Of a stretch of DNA of 64,000 nt, positions 18,612 to 27,723 are shown piece after piece. A model generated the notes under the pieces. That model saw only the letters and a program-made list of their open reading frames with translations, was not told where the DNA came from and made no database searches. The stretch is taken from sequence record PZ229304.1. The stretch is one strand, 5' to 3'. Every line of letters starts with the position of its first letter. Position 1 is the stretch's first letter. The DNA comes from a phage. The position numbers and the translations under genes are program-made.

Positions 18612-19121
18612 TTAGCGATAGAATTGATGTTCTTTGTAGCGGTACACTAGAACCATATCTTTTTCCCAGTGTGCTCTTATTGTAGATTTTTTAAAGTATA
18701 ATGCTCCTTTTGTAATATCTAATGCAATTCGTAATTCTGGAAAATGCGTATCGAGATAAAGTAGACGTTCTGCTATAGCCTTAGCTTCCTTCCACTTATC
18801 ACGTTCCATAACGTTGAATGTCTTTGTGTAAGAGAATTGTCCTTTTTGAAACAAAACTTCTTTTATAGTATCAGGGAAATATGAATCTCTAGCCCTATTC
18901 AATACTACATTACCAACAGCAGACATACCGCGCTTTCCTTGATTACGACTTTCTGCATAGATTGCACAAGCTAATAGATTTTCTTTACTATCACGCTTTG
19001 TACACTTGTGAACTACTTTAGCAGTTTTTACGTTTGCAGCTTCGGCTTGCGCCACAACAGGTGTAAATGTAAAAGCAGTTAAGGATAGTAACGCAATTGC
19101 GACAAAGGTTTTTATTGACAA
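18612..19121 (-). CDS. Secreted cell-wall hydrolase, SleB-like (candidate endolysin)
   Basis: N-terminal signal peptide (MSIKTFVAIALLSLTAFTFTPVVAQA) then CAIYAESRNQ...MSAVGNVVLNRAR, which resembles the conserved core of SleB/Hydrolase_2 cell-wall hydrolases. Confidence 0.55.
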   Translation of the reverse strand: MSIKTFVAIALLSLTAFTFTPVVAQAEAANVKTAKVVHKCTKRDSKENLLACAIYAESRNQGKRGMSAVGNVVLNRARDSYFPDTIKEVLFQKGQFSYTKTFNVMERDKWKEAKAIAERLLYLDTHFPELRIALDITKGALYFKKSTIRAHWEKDMVLVYRYKEHQFYR

Positions 19122-19182
19122 ACTTGCCTCCTATTTTGTTAAACGAACTTTTATTGTAACACAGAAGAGGCTGTTTTGCAAG

Positions 19183-19205
19183 TGGAGGGGGATAATCCCC
19201 CTCTT
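19183..19205. terminator. Hairpin GAGGGGGA-TAA-TCCCCCTC
   Basis: 8-bp perfect stem in the intergenic gap 19122-19213. Confidence 0.4.
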
Positions 19206-19213
19206 AGACTCTG

Positions 19214-19816
19214 TTAGATATTGTAAACCTTTGTATGAGTTACTACACCATTTTCTACAAAATCAATACGTTCTTGATCCGTAACTAGTGCAGACAACAC
19301 TTTAAATTTAATTTTTACACGTTCAAAAGCTGGTTGACCATCTTTAAGATAATTATGTTCGGTTGTCACTGTCTTGTTTACAAAATCAACTTTTGCTTTA
19401 CCGTTTTCGCGTAGGTGGAATGTTTTTCCTGCTTTGTACACAATTTCAACATTACCTTCGAGAGTAATTCCTTCAAAAAGTTCACCCTCTTCTTCATTTT
19501 CTTCACTTTTGAACAGACGACGAAACTCTTCCATATCAAGATAAACAACATCTTCAGAATAACTATCAGTAAGATATGTCTTACCCTCCATCAACCCGAA
19601 ATATTGCCAGATTGCCGAATAAACATCACTAGATGATCCAAGGGTTTCTCTGAGTTTAGTTCCACGGATTACTTCATAAACTTCAAAATTGAAACCAGAC
19701 TGCAAAGCATCAAACAGCACATCACTAACTTCTAAAGCATAATCTTCATTGTTGTCAATATCTACAAGAAAATTGCCGCTACGAATAAGTTTTTGACCTT
19801 CTAAAGTAATACTCAT
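19214..19816 (-). CDS. Hypothetical protein
   Basis: 200-aa ORF with strong RBS (AAGAGGAG). Confidence 0.45.
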   Translation of the reverse strand: MSITLEGQKLIRSGNFLVDIDNNEDYALEVSDVLFDALQSGFNFEVYEVIRGTKLRETLGSSSDVYSAIWQYFGLMEGKTYLTDSYSEDVVYLDMEEFRRLFKSEENEEEGELFEGITLEGNVEIVYKAGKTFHLRENGKAKVDFVNKTVTTEHNYLKDGQPAFERVKIKFKVLSALVTDQERIDFVENGVVTHTKVYNI

Positions 19817-19843
19817 TGTTTTCTCCTCTTTTATTTCAAATAT

Positions 19844-19859
19844 GCGCCCCGAAGGGCGC
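19844..19859 (-). terminator. Hairpin GCGCCC-CGAA-GGGCGC downstream of the TerD-like gene
   Basis: 6-bp GC stem with tetraloop, T/A-rich flanks. Confidence 0.4.
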
Positions 19860-19880
19860 TATGATTTATTACTTGACGTA

Positions 19881-20477
19881 TTACTCGAACCAATCGTCGC
19901 CAGCGCCAAACGCTTTAACTACATCGTAAATGTCAAGCCCAGCTTTACCTACACCATATGCTTTCAGTTTCCATTCGCTATCTTCTCGCACCAGGGAGGC
20001 AACGTGGCAAATGGTGTTACCTGCAAGTTCTGGAGCCAAGAAGTCAAAGTCCAGCAGTTCAACATTACGTTCATCATCGAAGATTTTAAGGAAACCTTCG
20101 GTAGCGTGACCAAGGCGTTTCTTACCCGTTTCGTCATCAATAGTAATTACGAATGCAATTTCCTGTGCTTCAGCAGAGATATTATCCAGTGTAACATCAA
20201 TCTGCTCCATCTGTCCTACACCATCACGAACATCTTCACCTGCAAAAGTAGAACGTTCAGGATCAAATTTCTGCGCGTAGCACACCAGGTGACGAGGAGA
20301 CAACAGTTCCGGCAGACCAGATGCATTGTGTCGGCAAATCAGAGCACTAACATCCAGATCCAGTTTTTCGTTAGATTTCCAAGAGAATTCCAGACGAATG
20401 CGTTTCAGTGCTGGTGCGATCTTTTTCAGAGAAACTTTTTCGCTAGAACCTTTTTTCAGGGAAATTTTCTGAGTCAT
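19881..20477 (-). CDS. TerD-family protein (tellurium-resistance/stress-response TerD domain)
   Basis: 198 aa; segment-by-segment similarity to E. coli/plasmid TerD as recalled (ISLKKG..KVSL; DLDVSALIC; IAFVITIDD; FLKIFDDERNVELLDFDF; EWKLKAYGVG); AAGGAG RBS. Confidence 0.75.
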   Translation of the reverse strand: MTQKISLKKGSSEKVSLKKIAPALKRIRLEFSWKSNEKLDLDVSALICRHNASGLPELLSPRHLVCYAQKFDPERSTFAGEDVRDGVGQMEQIDVTLDNISAEAQEIAFVITIDDETGKKRLGHATEGFLKIFDDERNVELLDFDFLAPELAGNTICHVASLVREDSEWKLKAYGVGKAGLDIYDVVKAFGAGDDWFE

Positions 20478-20549
20478 AATTTATTATCTCCTTTGTTGTT
20501 AATTTACGTTGTCTATTTTACTAATCTTTTCTACAAAGTCAAGCGTTTT

Positions 20550-21344
20550 TTACGCTTTTGCTCCGAATTTTTTAACCCACTCACCAAACTCTTCGGATAG
20601 CAGTTTATCGTAAAGTTCTTCGTCAGACAAGGACAAATCTGCAATACCGATAAAATCAACATTATCGTATTCTTTTGCCAAGTCTTTCAAGAATTTAAAG
20701 TTTGCATTACCTACACCAACCATAAACCAGTAAACAGGAGTGTTGCGGTGTTTGTTCAGCAAACTACGTACTGCTGAAGTATCCATGTTCTCCCCGTCAG
20801 TTTGGAAGAAAATCATTGCAGGAGTACGATCAACTTGTGCATCAGTATCTACAACCTGCTCTACAACAGTACGTGTTACTTCTACAAGTTCTTTTTTACC
20901 AGTTAGTTTAGCAAGGAAACCTTTAGCCGGAACTTCTTCATACTCAACGACTTCGCGTGTAATATTTTTCATAGGTACACTACCGAAGTATGTATCATAG
21001 ATCTCTTGCATTACTGGAGCATAGGCTGTACCACCGTTGATGCAAACATTAGACATGCAAGAGCCGACATAATCATCATACACATCAGCCGTTGCAGGAG
21101 GCAGTTCAAAAGAAGAACTATTGAAAGCCCACATGTCAATCTGTGCATTATCATCAAACTTCATACCAAACGGCAGCAGTTTACCTACAAAATCACTAAC
21201 AGTGCCATCACGATATAGCTCACACATACTACCCGAAATATCTAAGGCGCTACCGACACGAAGAACAACATCGTTAATCTTTTTCTTACGCAGAGATACA
21301 GTAAGAGTTTCTTGACGTTTTTTAAGACTGATTTTATTGGACAT
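20550..21344 (-). CDS. von Willebrand factor A (vWA) domain protein, TerY-like
   Basis: 264 aa; MIDAS-type motif DISGSM near N-terminus followed by vWA-like hydrophobic/polar pattern; immediately upstream of the TerD-like gene, as in ter loci. Confidence 0.6.
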   Translation of the reverse strand: MSNKISLKKRQETLTVSLRKKKINDVVLRVGSALDISGSMCELYRDGTVSDFVGKLLPFGMKFDDNAQIDMWAFNSSSFELPPATADVYDDYVGSCMSNVCINGGTAYAPVMQEIYDTYFGSVPMKNITREVVEYEEVPAKGFLAKLTGKKELVEVTRTVVEQVVDTDAQVDRTPAMIFFQTDGENMDTSAVRSLLNKHRNTPVYWFMVGVGNANFKFLKDLAKEYDNVDFIGIADLSLSDEELYDKLLSEEFGEWVKKFGAKA

Positions 21345-21345
21345 A

Positions 21346-21615
21346 TTATTTCTCCTTTCTGACTATAATGTTAGTAACTTCTAAATCCACTTCTACCACT
21401 TCTGTATCATATAAAATACAGTTAAGTTGACCTCTTTGTGAACCGTTCAGACACATTGCTTGGTTTGTATTAACCTTAATAAACACTAAGTTTATGAACG
21501 TATCTAAACCAGAATCTTGATAGGCAACATAATATACGAATGTATCACCTGCGTCAAGTTCTCCAAAACATTTAGGTTCATCTGATTTGTCGTCTTTGAT
21601 GTTAAATTTAAGCAC
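21346..21615 (-). CDS. Hypothetical protein
   Basis: 89-aa ORF in array. Confidence 0.35.
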   Translation of the reverse strand: MLKFNIKDDKSDEPKCFGELDAGDTFVYYVAYQDSGLDTFINLVFIKVNTNQAMCLNGSQRGQLNCILYDTEVVEVDLEVTNIIVRKEK

Positions 21616-22171
21616 TGTCTTCTCCTTTACCTGCTCTCAAGCCTAAATAGAAAGCCTCTCTGGTGATCTTTTGCAACTCGTTTAAAGCGATAGTTACAAC
21701 TAAATCATCTTCAATTTCTAGCTTTGAGTCTTCTTCTGTCTCAATGCAAGTATTATGCACTTTGTGGTAAGGATTGTCAACACGTTTAAATTTATTATTT
21801 TCAGTGCTGAAGAAGCAATCTGGATCTTCTTCCCCATCACCCAAACCCTGGTTAGGATCTTCTTCAGATCTTTCTGTTGGGATCTCACCTGTAAAGTGCT
21901 CTTCTAATACCAGAGCAATCCCATCTCCAAGATCGGAAGAGAACATCAAATTACAAACTTCTTCCCAAGGCATAGACCACTTAAATCTTTTACGATTACC
22001 ATGTTTATCTTCTTCGTTAGAGAAAACACTACCATAGCTATCATAATTCCCATACATCTCTTCGACAACCTTACCACCTTTCAAAAGAAATAGGTAGCAA
22101 GGAGAGCCATCGAAAGAGGTAGAAAGAGCAGCATTACCAGACTCTTTGCACAAGAAACTAAAACACCCCAT
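21608..22171 (-). CDS. Hypothetical protein (acidic)
   Basis: 187-aa ORF. Confidence 0.4.
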   Translation of the reverse strand: MGCFSFLCKESGNAALSTSFDGSPCYLFLLKGGKVVEEMYGNYDSYGSVFSNEEDKHGNRKRFKWSMPWEEVCNLMFSSDLGDGIALVLEEHFTGEIPTERSEEDPNQGLGDGEEDPDCFFSTENNKFKRVDNPYHKVHNTCIETEEDSKLEIEDDLVVTIALNELQKITREAFYLGLRAGKGEDSA

Positions 22172-22371
22172 TATACACCAGCCTTAAGATCAATTAAAGC
22201 CAAAGTTGTTTCAGAGTGTGTTTGCTCGTCTACAGGTGCAGTCATATGATAATACAAAAAATCTTCGGCATCATACCAATCTGACTCTTGACCTTGTTTC
22301 CAACCATCAATGAAAGCATCTTCCATAATTGTTTGTAACTCTTCACGAGTTAAGTGAATATCTTTACTCAT
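22171..22371 (-). CDS. Hypothetical protein
   Basis: 66-aa ORF with start/stop overlap to neighbours. Confidence 0.35.
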   Translation of the reverse strand: MSKDIHLTREELQTIMEDAFIDGWKQGQESDWYDAEDFLYYHMTAPVDEQTHSETTLALIDLKAGV

Positions 22372-22604
22372 TACACATTCTCCTCTTTTACCAATTCCAT
22401 CGTTGAACTATCAAAACCATCTTTAGAAGAATAGGTATAGACAGAACGTAGTTCGCGCAGGACAGTGAATACATTAGGATCATCTAACCAAGCATCCTGG
22501 AGGAGAACATAACGATCTTCATTGTCGTACTGGACAGCAATCATAGAACCAGACAGTTTGTAAATTTTAATATTCATAATATATTTCTCCTTAAAGTAGA
22601 CCAC
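22371..22604 (-). CDS. Hypothetical protein
   Basis: 77-aa ORF. Confidence 0.35.
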   Translation of the reverse strand: MVYFKEKYIMNIKIYKLSGSMIAVQYDNEDRYVLLQDAWLDDPNVFTVLRELRSVYTYSSKDGFDSSTMELVKEENV

Positions 22605-23694
22605 GTTTAACAGTTTGAATCATGCCATCTTCAAGAGATTGCACTTCTTGAATGTAATCAATACGAGCAGCACGGGCTTCAGTGTTGATTCGGTTAGTTT
22701 CTTCCAACATTTTAACTAAGTTTTCTTGATCACGACGTAATGTTTCAATATCCAACACTTGACGATTAGCAAGTTGTGTAGCTTCAATTTGGTTTTGTGC
22801 AGCAAGATCACTACCCATTGCAATAGCAGCATTAAATTCATTCAGTACATTGTTCTGTGTATCGGCTGCTTTCTTCTGGCGTAGACTTTCAATATACATA
22901 GAAAAGTTTGCAGAGTAAGCAGGAATAACATTATTCACAATATTACGGGCTGATCGCATCAAACTTGCAGATACTTTCTGCATACTTTGTACACGTGGCC
23001 CCATCTGAACACACAGTAAGCGTAGGGCTTTCAGGTCTGCAATACGAATTTCAAGCAGATCCATAGTATCACGAGTACGTTGACGCTCTTCTACCTCATT
23101 TTCAGGCAGTGTATTAAGGCGAACTTCTTCTTTTTCATAAGTAGCTGTTAGAAGCTCTATATCTCTGTTTAAGCTAAGAGCATATTTGGCAATAGCCTCT
23201 TCTAAACGTTGCAGATATCGTAAAGAATCTTCTTCTTTTTTCAAGTCTGTTTGGAGTGTCTTTACCAAACCTTCAATACGATTATTGATGGTGTCAAATT
23301 CTCCAAACAAATCTTCTTTCATACCTAATACTTTCTTAACTAACTTACCTAAACCTTTAGATTGTTTAATAGAATTAGGATCAAGTTGCTTTGCTTGCTT
23401 AATAAGTGCAGTTAAACGTTCACTCATTTCATCTCCCTGAGATGAACGCTGGTGTTTAAGCACTTCAGCATTAAGGTTACGAAGAGTAAGTCCTGCATCA
23501 GCACCAACCTGTTCAATCTCTTCACGAGACATTGGAGGCAGCATTTGTACAGGTCGTGCAACAGCAGGGGCATATACAGGACTTGCATCCATAGCAGTTG
23601 GAGCAAACAAAGACTTACTTTTTTCTGTTGTTGCCGTGAATACACTCATTTCAGACGGTTTGCTTTTTACGGCACTGATAAAAGGACTGGACAT
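22591..23694 (-). CDS. TelA/KlaA-like (toxic anion resistance family) coiled-coil protein, tentative
   Basis: 367 aa, predominantly coiled-coil, size and composition compatible with TelA; assignment leans on genomic context (TerD, vWA, TerC neighbours) rather than a recognised signature. Confidence 0.4.
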   Translation of the reverse strand: MSSPFISAVKSKPSEMSVFTATTEKSKSLFAPTAMDASPVYAPAVARPVQMLPPMSREEIEQVGADAGLTLRNLNAEVLKHQRSSQGDEMSERLTALIKQAKQLDPNSIKQSKGLGKLVKKVLGMKEDLFGEFDTINNRIEGLVKTLQTDLKKEEDSLRYLQRLEEAIAKYALSLNRDIELLTATYEKEEVRLNTLPENEVEERQRTRDTMDLLEIRIADLKALRLLCVQMGPRVQSMQKVSASLMRSARNIVNNVIPAYSANFSMYIESLRQKKAADTQNNVLNEFNAAIAMGSDLAAQNQIEATQLANRQVLDIETLRRDQENLVKMLEETNRINTEARAARIDYIQEVQSLEDGMIQTVKRGLL

Positions 23695-23762
23695 TCAATT
23701 TCCTCCATATTCTTTAGTAGATGGTGATACCTCTGTACCACCATCATAACACAAATTAAGTA

Positions 23763-24614
23763 TTAAACAAACATATCTAAATAATTTGTAGTAATAAACG
23801 CCCCATCTGCTTCCAGATTAACATAACCAGTAGCATTAGTGGTTAAGAAATCCAGATCGAAGGACTCTTTAACACCCCGTACCTCAACACGAGAGATATC
23901 GAATACAGGTAGTGTAACAGCCTCTTCGTGCAATACCGTACCTTTGTAGGTTGCCTTAATGATAAACTTGATATTACCCGTTCCAGCATCATACAAAACA
24001 CTTTCAAACCCTTTGAGAGTATATTTATCACCAGAAGTGAAGTGCAAAGTTGCTTTGTTTACAGTACGTTTTTTACGAGGAGTTCCTTTCACACGTTTAT
24101 GATCACTACGTTTTTTGTATTTAGGAATGAATACAAACGATACACTCTCAAGAAAGGTATCAACATCAAGGATTTTAATATCCTCTGTTGCAGCAAATTT
24201 TGAAGTCGTTGCATCAAAATGCTTTTCCCTGCGATCATACATAAAGATATCAAACCGATCTTCTAAATCAAACAAATTATGTATTTTAATTTCAGAATGC
24301 TTGCGCATTGCAGCAACCTTGAACTCTTCAAAACGTGGGTGTTCTACAAGTTCTTCAAGTTTTACACCAAAGACAGTATATTGCTTCGGAGTTTTTTCTG
24401 GTGTTGGCATTACAGAAGCATAATCCCCGATTGCGCTCTTAAAGCAAAATTGTTCTTGACCTGTATTTTTACCAACGAATTTACAGTATTCGTCATCGTG
24501 CATACTTTCCTGGGTAGTACCAACAAACTCAAAACCATCTTTATTCTTCTCAAGAATTTCTTGATTAAAGATCCAACCTTCCAGGCGATACACTTTACCA
24601 ACTTCTAGTTTCAT
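23763..24614 (-). CDS. Hypothetical protein
   Basis: 283-aa ORF. Confidence 0.4.
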   Translation of the reverse strand: MKLEVGKVYRLEGWIFNQEILEKNKDGFEFVGTTQESMHDDEYCKFVGKNTGQEQFCFKSAIGDYASVMPTPEKTPKQYTVFGVKLEELVEHPRFEEFKVAAMRKHSEIKIHNLFDLEDRFDIFMYDRREKHFDATTSKFAATEDIKILDVDTFLESVSFVFIPKYKKRSDHKRVKGTPRKKRTVNKATLHFTSGDKYTLKGFESVLYDAGTGNIKFIIKATYKGTVLHEEAVTLPVFDISRVEVRGVKESFDLDFLTTNATGYVNLEADGAFITTNYLDMFV

Positions 24615-24649
24615 CTGTTTCTCCTTCTTATTTAATCTGTATTAAATTA

Positions 24650-25240
24650 TTAACGACGACGTGAGCTACTAAAACTACGTTTCGACGAAGAATAACTTTT
24701 CGAAGACTTACTATAAGAGCTAATAGGACTTGAGTAAGACTTACGAGCAGAGTAATCACTATTCACTTTTGTTGTTGATGGGCGTGAATACGTTTGTACA
24801 CTTTGCTGCTTAATTGTGTTTTGTTTAGTTGTTGTATATGTATTCCCTTGTTTATCATAAAAACTATGCTTTTGTGTTGTATATGCTTTACTATTAGTTG
24901 CAGGAGCAGCATTGTTATTAATAATGGTTGTATTGCTACCACCATCTCTATAACCACCACCGCCACTATTACCACTCAACATATGACCAAGAAGCATACC
25001 TGTAGCAAAGTCACCTACACCAGAAGAACCACTGCCGCCTCCTTGAACAACAACTGTTGAAGGTTGTGCAGGTGCTGCTTGAACAACTTGAGGTGCAGGT
25101 TGATTTACATATTGTTCATCTACCATCTGATTTGGTGTTTGTTGGTAACGTTGATTTTGTACATTTTCAGAATCATCACAACCTACCAGCAATGCACTAC
25201 CTAAAACAACTGCAACAATAAAAGATTTAATGTTTTTCAT
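24650..25240 (-). CDS. Lipoprotein with glycine-zipper-like and Ser/Tyr/Lys-rich low-complexity regions
   Basis: Start set at MKNIKSF (GAGAGGG RBS); signal peptide with lipobox LLVGC; Gly-rich stretch GSGSSGVGDFATGMLLGHMLSGNSGGGG; C-terminal SYSKSSKSYSSSKRSFSSSRRR. Confidence 0.5.
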   Translation of the reverse strand: MKNIKSFIVAVVLGSALLVGCDDSENVQNQRYQQTPNQMVDEQYVNQPAPQVVQAAPAQPSTVVVQGGGSGSSGVGDFATGMLLGHMLSGNSGGGGYRDGGSNTTIINNNAAPATNSKAYTTQKHSFYDKQGNTYTTTKQNTIKQQSVQTYSRPSTTKVNSDYSARKSYSSPISSYSKSSKSYSSSKRSFSSSRRR

Positions 25241-25433
25241 TTGTAACCCTCTCATTTAAAGTCTCAACACAATTTTTAAAATCCCTAGAGAAACAATACA
25301 TCTGCTCTCCGTTCCTGTTGATAGTAATTGTATGGTTATCAATATATGTTGTCAAGATAAAAATTAAACAAAACAACCCTAAAGCAAAACAAATATTTTC
25401 AAACAGAATCCAAAGAACACGTAAAACCACCAT
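25227..25433 (-). CDS. Small membrane protein (hypothetical)
   Basis: 68 aa with one hydrophobic span; overlaps lipoprotein start by 14 nt. Confidence 0.3.
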   Translation of the reverse strand: MVVLRVLWILFENICFALGLFCLIFILTTYIDNHTITINRNGEQMYCFSRDFKNCVETLNERVTNEKH

Positions 25434-25448
25434 CAGATCACCTCAATA

Positions 25449-25466
25449 AAGCCCCCGAAGGGGCTT
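25449..25466. terminator. Hairpin AAGCCCC-CGAA-GGGGCTT
   Basis: 7-bp perfect stem between TerC-like gene and small membrane gene. Confidence 0.4.
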
Positions 25467-25472
25467 AATGAA

Positions 25473-26450
25473 TTAAGCAACAGCCTGGTCTTCTTTTTCA
25501 GGGAAGATTAAACTTGCAAGAACACCCAGCCCAAGAGTACCTAACACAATATACATACTGATCGTCGGGTCAATGTGTGCTGGCAGGAAACTCATTTTTG
25601 CGTGCAGAGTTTCTGCAAACGGATGATACATCAGTTTTACACCCACAAATACCAGGACTACGATAACTGCTTTCTCCAGATGAACCAAATATTTCAGTGC
25701 AACACTAAGAACAAAGAACAGAGCACGTAAACCTAAGATTGCACAGAGCATCGAAGAGAACACCAGCAGAGGTTCTTGTGTCACTGCAATTACTGCTGGA
25801 ACAGAGTCTACTGCAAAGATTACGTCAACCATTTCCATTACAAACACACAAACCAGAGCCGGAGTTGCTACACGAACACCATTTTTGATTGTGAAGAACT
25901 TCTCACCATCCATCTGATCAGATACAGGGAACAGCTTACGAACAATGCGAGTAGCCCAGTGTTTAGAGTAATCAACTTCTGCATCATTATCTCCAGCGAA
26001 TACCATTTTAGCCGCACAGAAAAGGATGACAGCACCGAAGAAGATATTAACATACCAGCCCAAACTCAACAAGTAAGTACCTACTGCTACAAACACACCT
26101 CGGAAGACAATCGCACCTGCAATACCCCAAAGTAGAATCTTGTGTTGCAAGTGTGTGCTTTTAATACCAAAACTTGCGAATACTGCCACAAATACTACTA
26201 AGTTATCTACAGAAAGAGATTTCTCCAACACATACCCACTCAAAAACAAGCTCGCAAAATCAGCACCGTGTTGGAAGTATACAAAACCATAGTAGGCTAA
26301 TGATACCCCAATCCAGAAAATTGACCAACCAATTGCAGATTTAAATGAAATTTCTTTGTTTTCTCTGTGTCCAAAGAAATCAATACAAATCGACAACACT
26401 AAAATACCCACTAAAACAACCACATCAATAATTGGGAAACCCAGTTGCAT
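25473..26450 (-). CDS. TerC-family integral membrane protein
   Basis: 325 aa, multiple TM segments; LSVDNLVVFVAVFASFG matches the conserved TerC SxDN motif region. Confidence 0.7.
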   Translation of the reverse strand: MQLGFPIIDVVVLVGILVLSICIDFFGHRENKEISFKSAIGWSIFWIGVSLAYYGFVYFQHGADFASLFLSGYVLEKSLSVDNLVVFVAVFASFGIKSTHLQHKILLWGIAGAIVFRGVFVAVGTYLLSLGWYVNIFFGAVILFCAAKMVFAGDNDAEVDYSKHWATRIVRKLFPVSDQMDGEKFFTIKNGVRVATPALVCVFVMEMVDVIFAVDSVPAVIAVTQEPLLVFSSMLCAILGLRALFFVLSVALKYLVHLEKAVIVVLVFVGVKLMYHPFAETLHAKMSFLPAHIDPTISMYIVLGTLGLGVLASLIFPEKEDQAVA

Positions 26451-26527
26451 TCTTTCCTCCTCTTTAATGCGGAGGACAATCCTCCGCTCTATGTCTTATA
26501 CTATAAACTGTTTTTAAAGAAAGTCAA

Positions 26528-26776
26528 CTAGTTCAGTTCTGTAATTTTAAGTTTATCTTCTTTGTTAATGATAGGGAAAGCTACAGCATCACCTACATCA
26601 TCAATAAAGCAAATAGCAAGACCACCTTCCACTTTGCTAACCTGACCGTTAAAGGCATGATACGGGGCAGGAACTTCATCCCCATCTTCAATGAGAATAG
26701 CCTCGTAAACCTTGCCGATAGTACAATCACGGGTGTTTATAAATTTTTCAAGCACTTCAACATTTACTTTACGCAT
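26528..26776 (-). CDS. Hypothetical protein
   Basis: 82-aa ORF. Confidence 0.35.
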   Translation of the reverse strand: MRKVNVEVLEKFINTRDCTIGKVYEAILIEDGDEVPAPYHAFNGQVSKVEGGLAICFIDDVGDAVAFPIINKEDKLKITELN

Positions 26777-26790
26777 ATAAAGATCCTCTC

Positions 26791-26997
26791 TTATTTGTTA
26801 GATTGAAAGATACCACGAAGTACCGCAAGAATGAACGTCACACAGACTACACTCCAAAACGTTACAGGAACATGATGCCAGTCTAAGCCGATAATGTCAA
26901 TCATATAGTTGTATGCTAAAAGCAGTAACCAACTAGGGATTAACACAATCAAGAACACAACAATAAAACAACCTAATACTGCTAAAACACCTGCCAT
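26791..26997 (-). CDS. Small membrane protein (two predicted TM helices)
   Basis: 68 aa, almost entirely hydrophobic. Confidence 0.35.
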   Translation of the reverse strand: MAGVLAVLGCFIVVFLIVLIPSWLLLLAYNYMIDIIGLDWHHVPVTFWSVVCVTFILAVLRGIFQSNK

Positions 26998-27006
26998 ACT
27001 TTCTCC

Positions 27007-27723
27007 TTATTTCAGTTTGTAAACAATTACATTTAAACCTTTGTTCACTAGAGTTTCTTCGATCATAAGTTTTACAATATTCCAAGAACCTCCAGCCAAA
27101 CCACAACCAAGCATTGGTAAACCTACAATTTTACCGCCTGAAGATACAACATCGTCTCCCATACTATCTAACGCATTGTAGATAGCTTCATAATCCAGGT
27201 CACGCTTACCTTCCTCACGACGACTATAACCATATTGTCCATATAAATTATAAATTGTCAAATTGTTTTCTGTATACTTAGTAAACGTACCTAATTTTTT
27301 ATAATCACCACGTTTAGTGGCACAATCTGCTTTAAACGCACCAGGCCACTTGCTTTTAATTTTTGGTGCAATACCACTACCCATAGTGCAAAAACAGTTA
27401 CAGCAGTGTGCTATAGCGTCTATATCGCCTCTCTCGGCTGCTGCTAAAAGATCACCGTATACCTCAATGATACCTGCTGGATAACTTGTTACAATTTCAT
27501 CTTCCCAATACATTTTCTCTACACCACCGATCAGTGCAAAGTTTTGTGTAATGCGATCATCAATATAGTTAAGACCTGAAACATACACAGCATATTCATC
27601 CTGTGCTGTAATGCCTTGTACACGAATTCTTAAGACACCATCTTTATCTGTTGCTACGCGCCCAAAATCTTTTTCTGTAATATTGGTGATAGGATCTCCG
27701 AAAGTCATTACTTTATTAGACAT
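27007..27723 (-). CDS. Macro-domain-like protein (ADP-ribose binding/processing)
   Basis: Start set at MSNKV (AAGGGGA RBS, 8-nt overlap with upstream gene); DIDAIAHCCNCFCTMGSGIA resembles the macro-domain AIVNAAN...GGGGV(D)GAI region and GKIVGLPMLGCGLAGGSW the downstream FPxIStG-like region. Confidence 0.5.
   Translation of the reverse strand: MSNKVMTFGDPITNITEKDFGRVATDKDGVLRIRVQGITAQDEYAVYVSGLNYIDDRITQNFALIGGVEKMYWEDEIVTSYPAGIIEVYGDLLAAAERGDIDAIAHCCNCFCTMGSGIAPKIKSKWPGAFKADCATKRGDYKKLGTFTKYTENNLTIYNLYGQYGYSRREEGKRDLDYEAIYNALDSMGDDVVSSGGKIVGLPMLGCGLAGGSWNIVKLMIEETLVNKGLNVIVYKLK

Noticed and set aside
19842-20600. 252-aa plus-strand ORF antisense to the TerD-like gene
   Set aside because: Lies entirely opposite a well-supported minus-strand gene with RBS and family motifs; low-complexity Phe/Asn/Cys-rich translation typical of shadow ORFs in AT-rich DNA.
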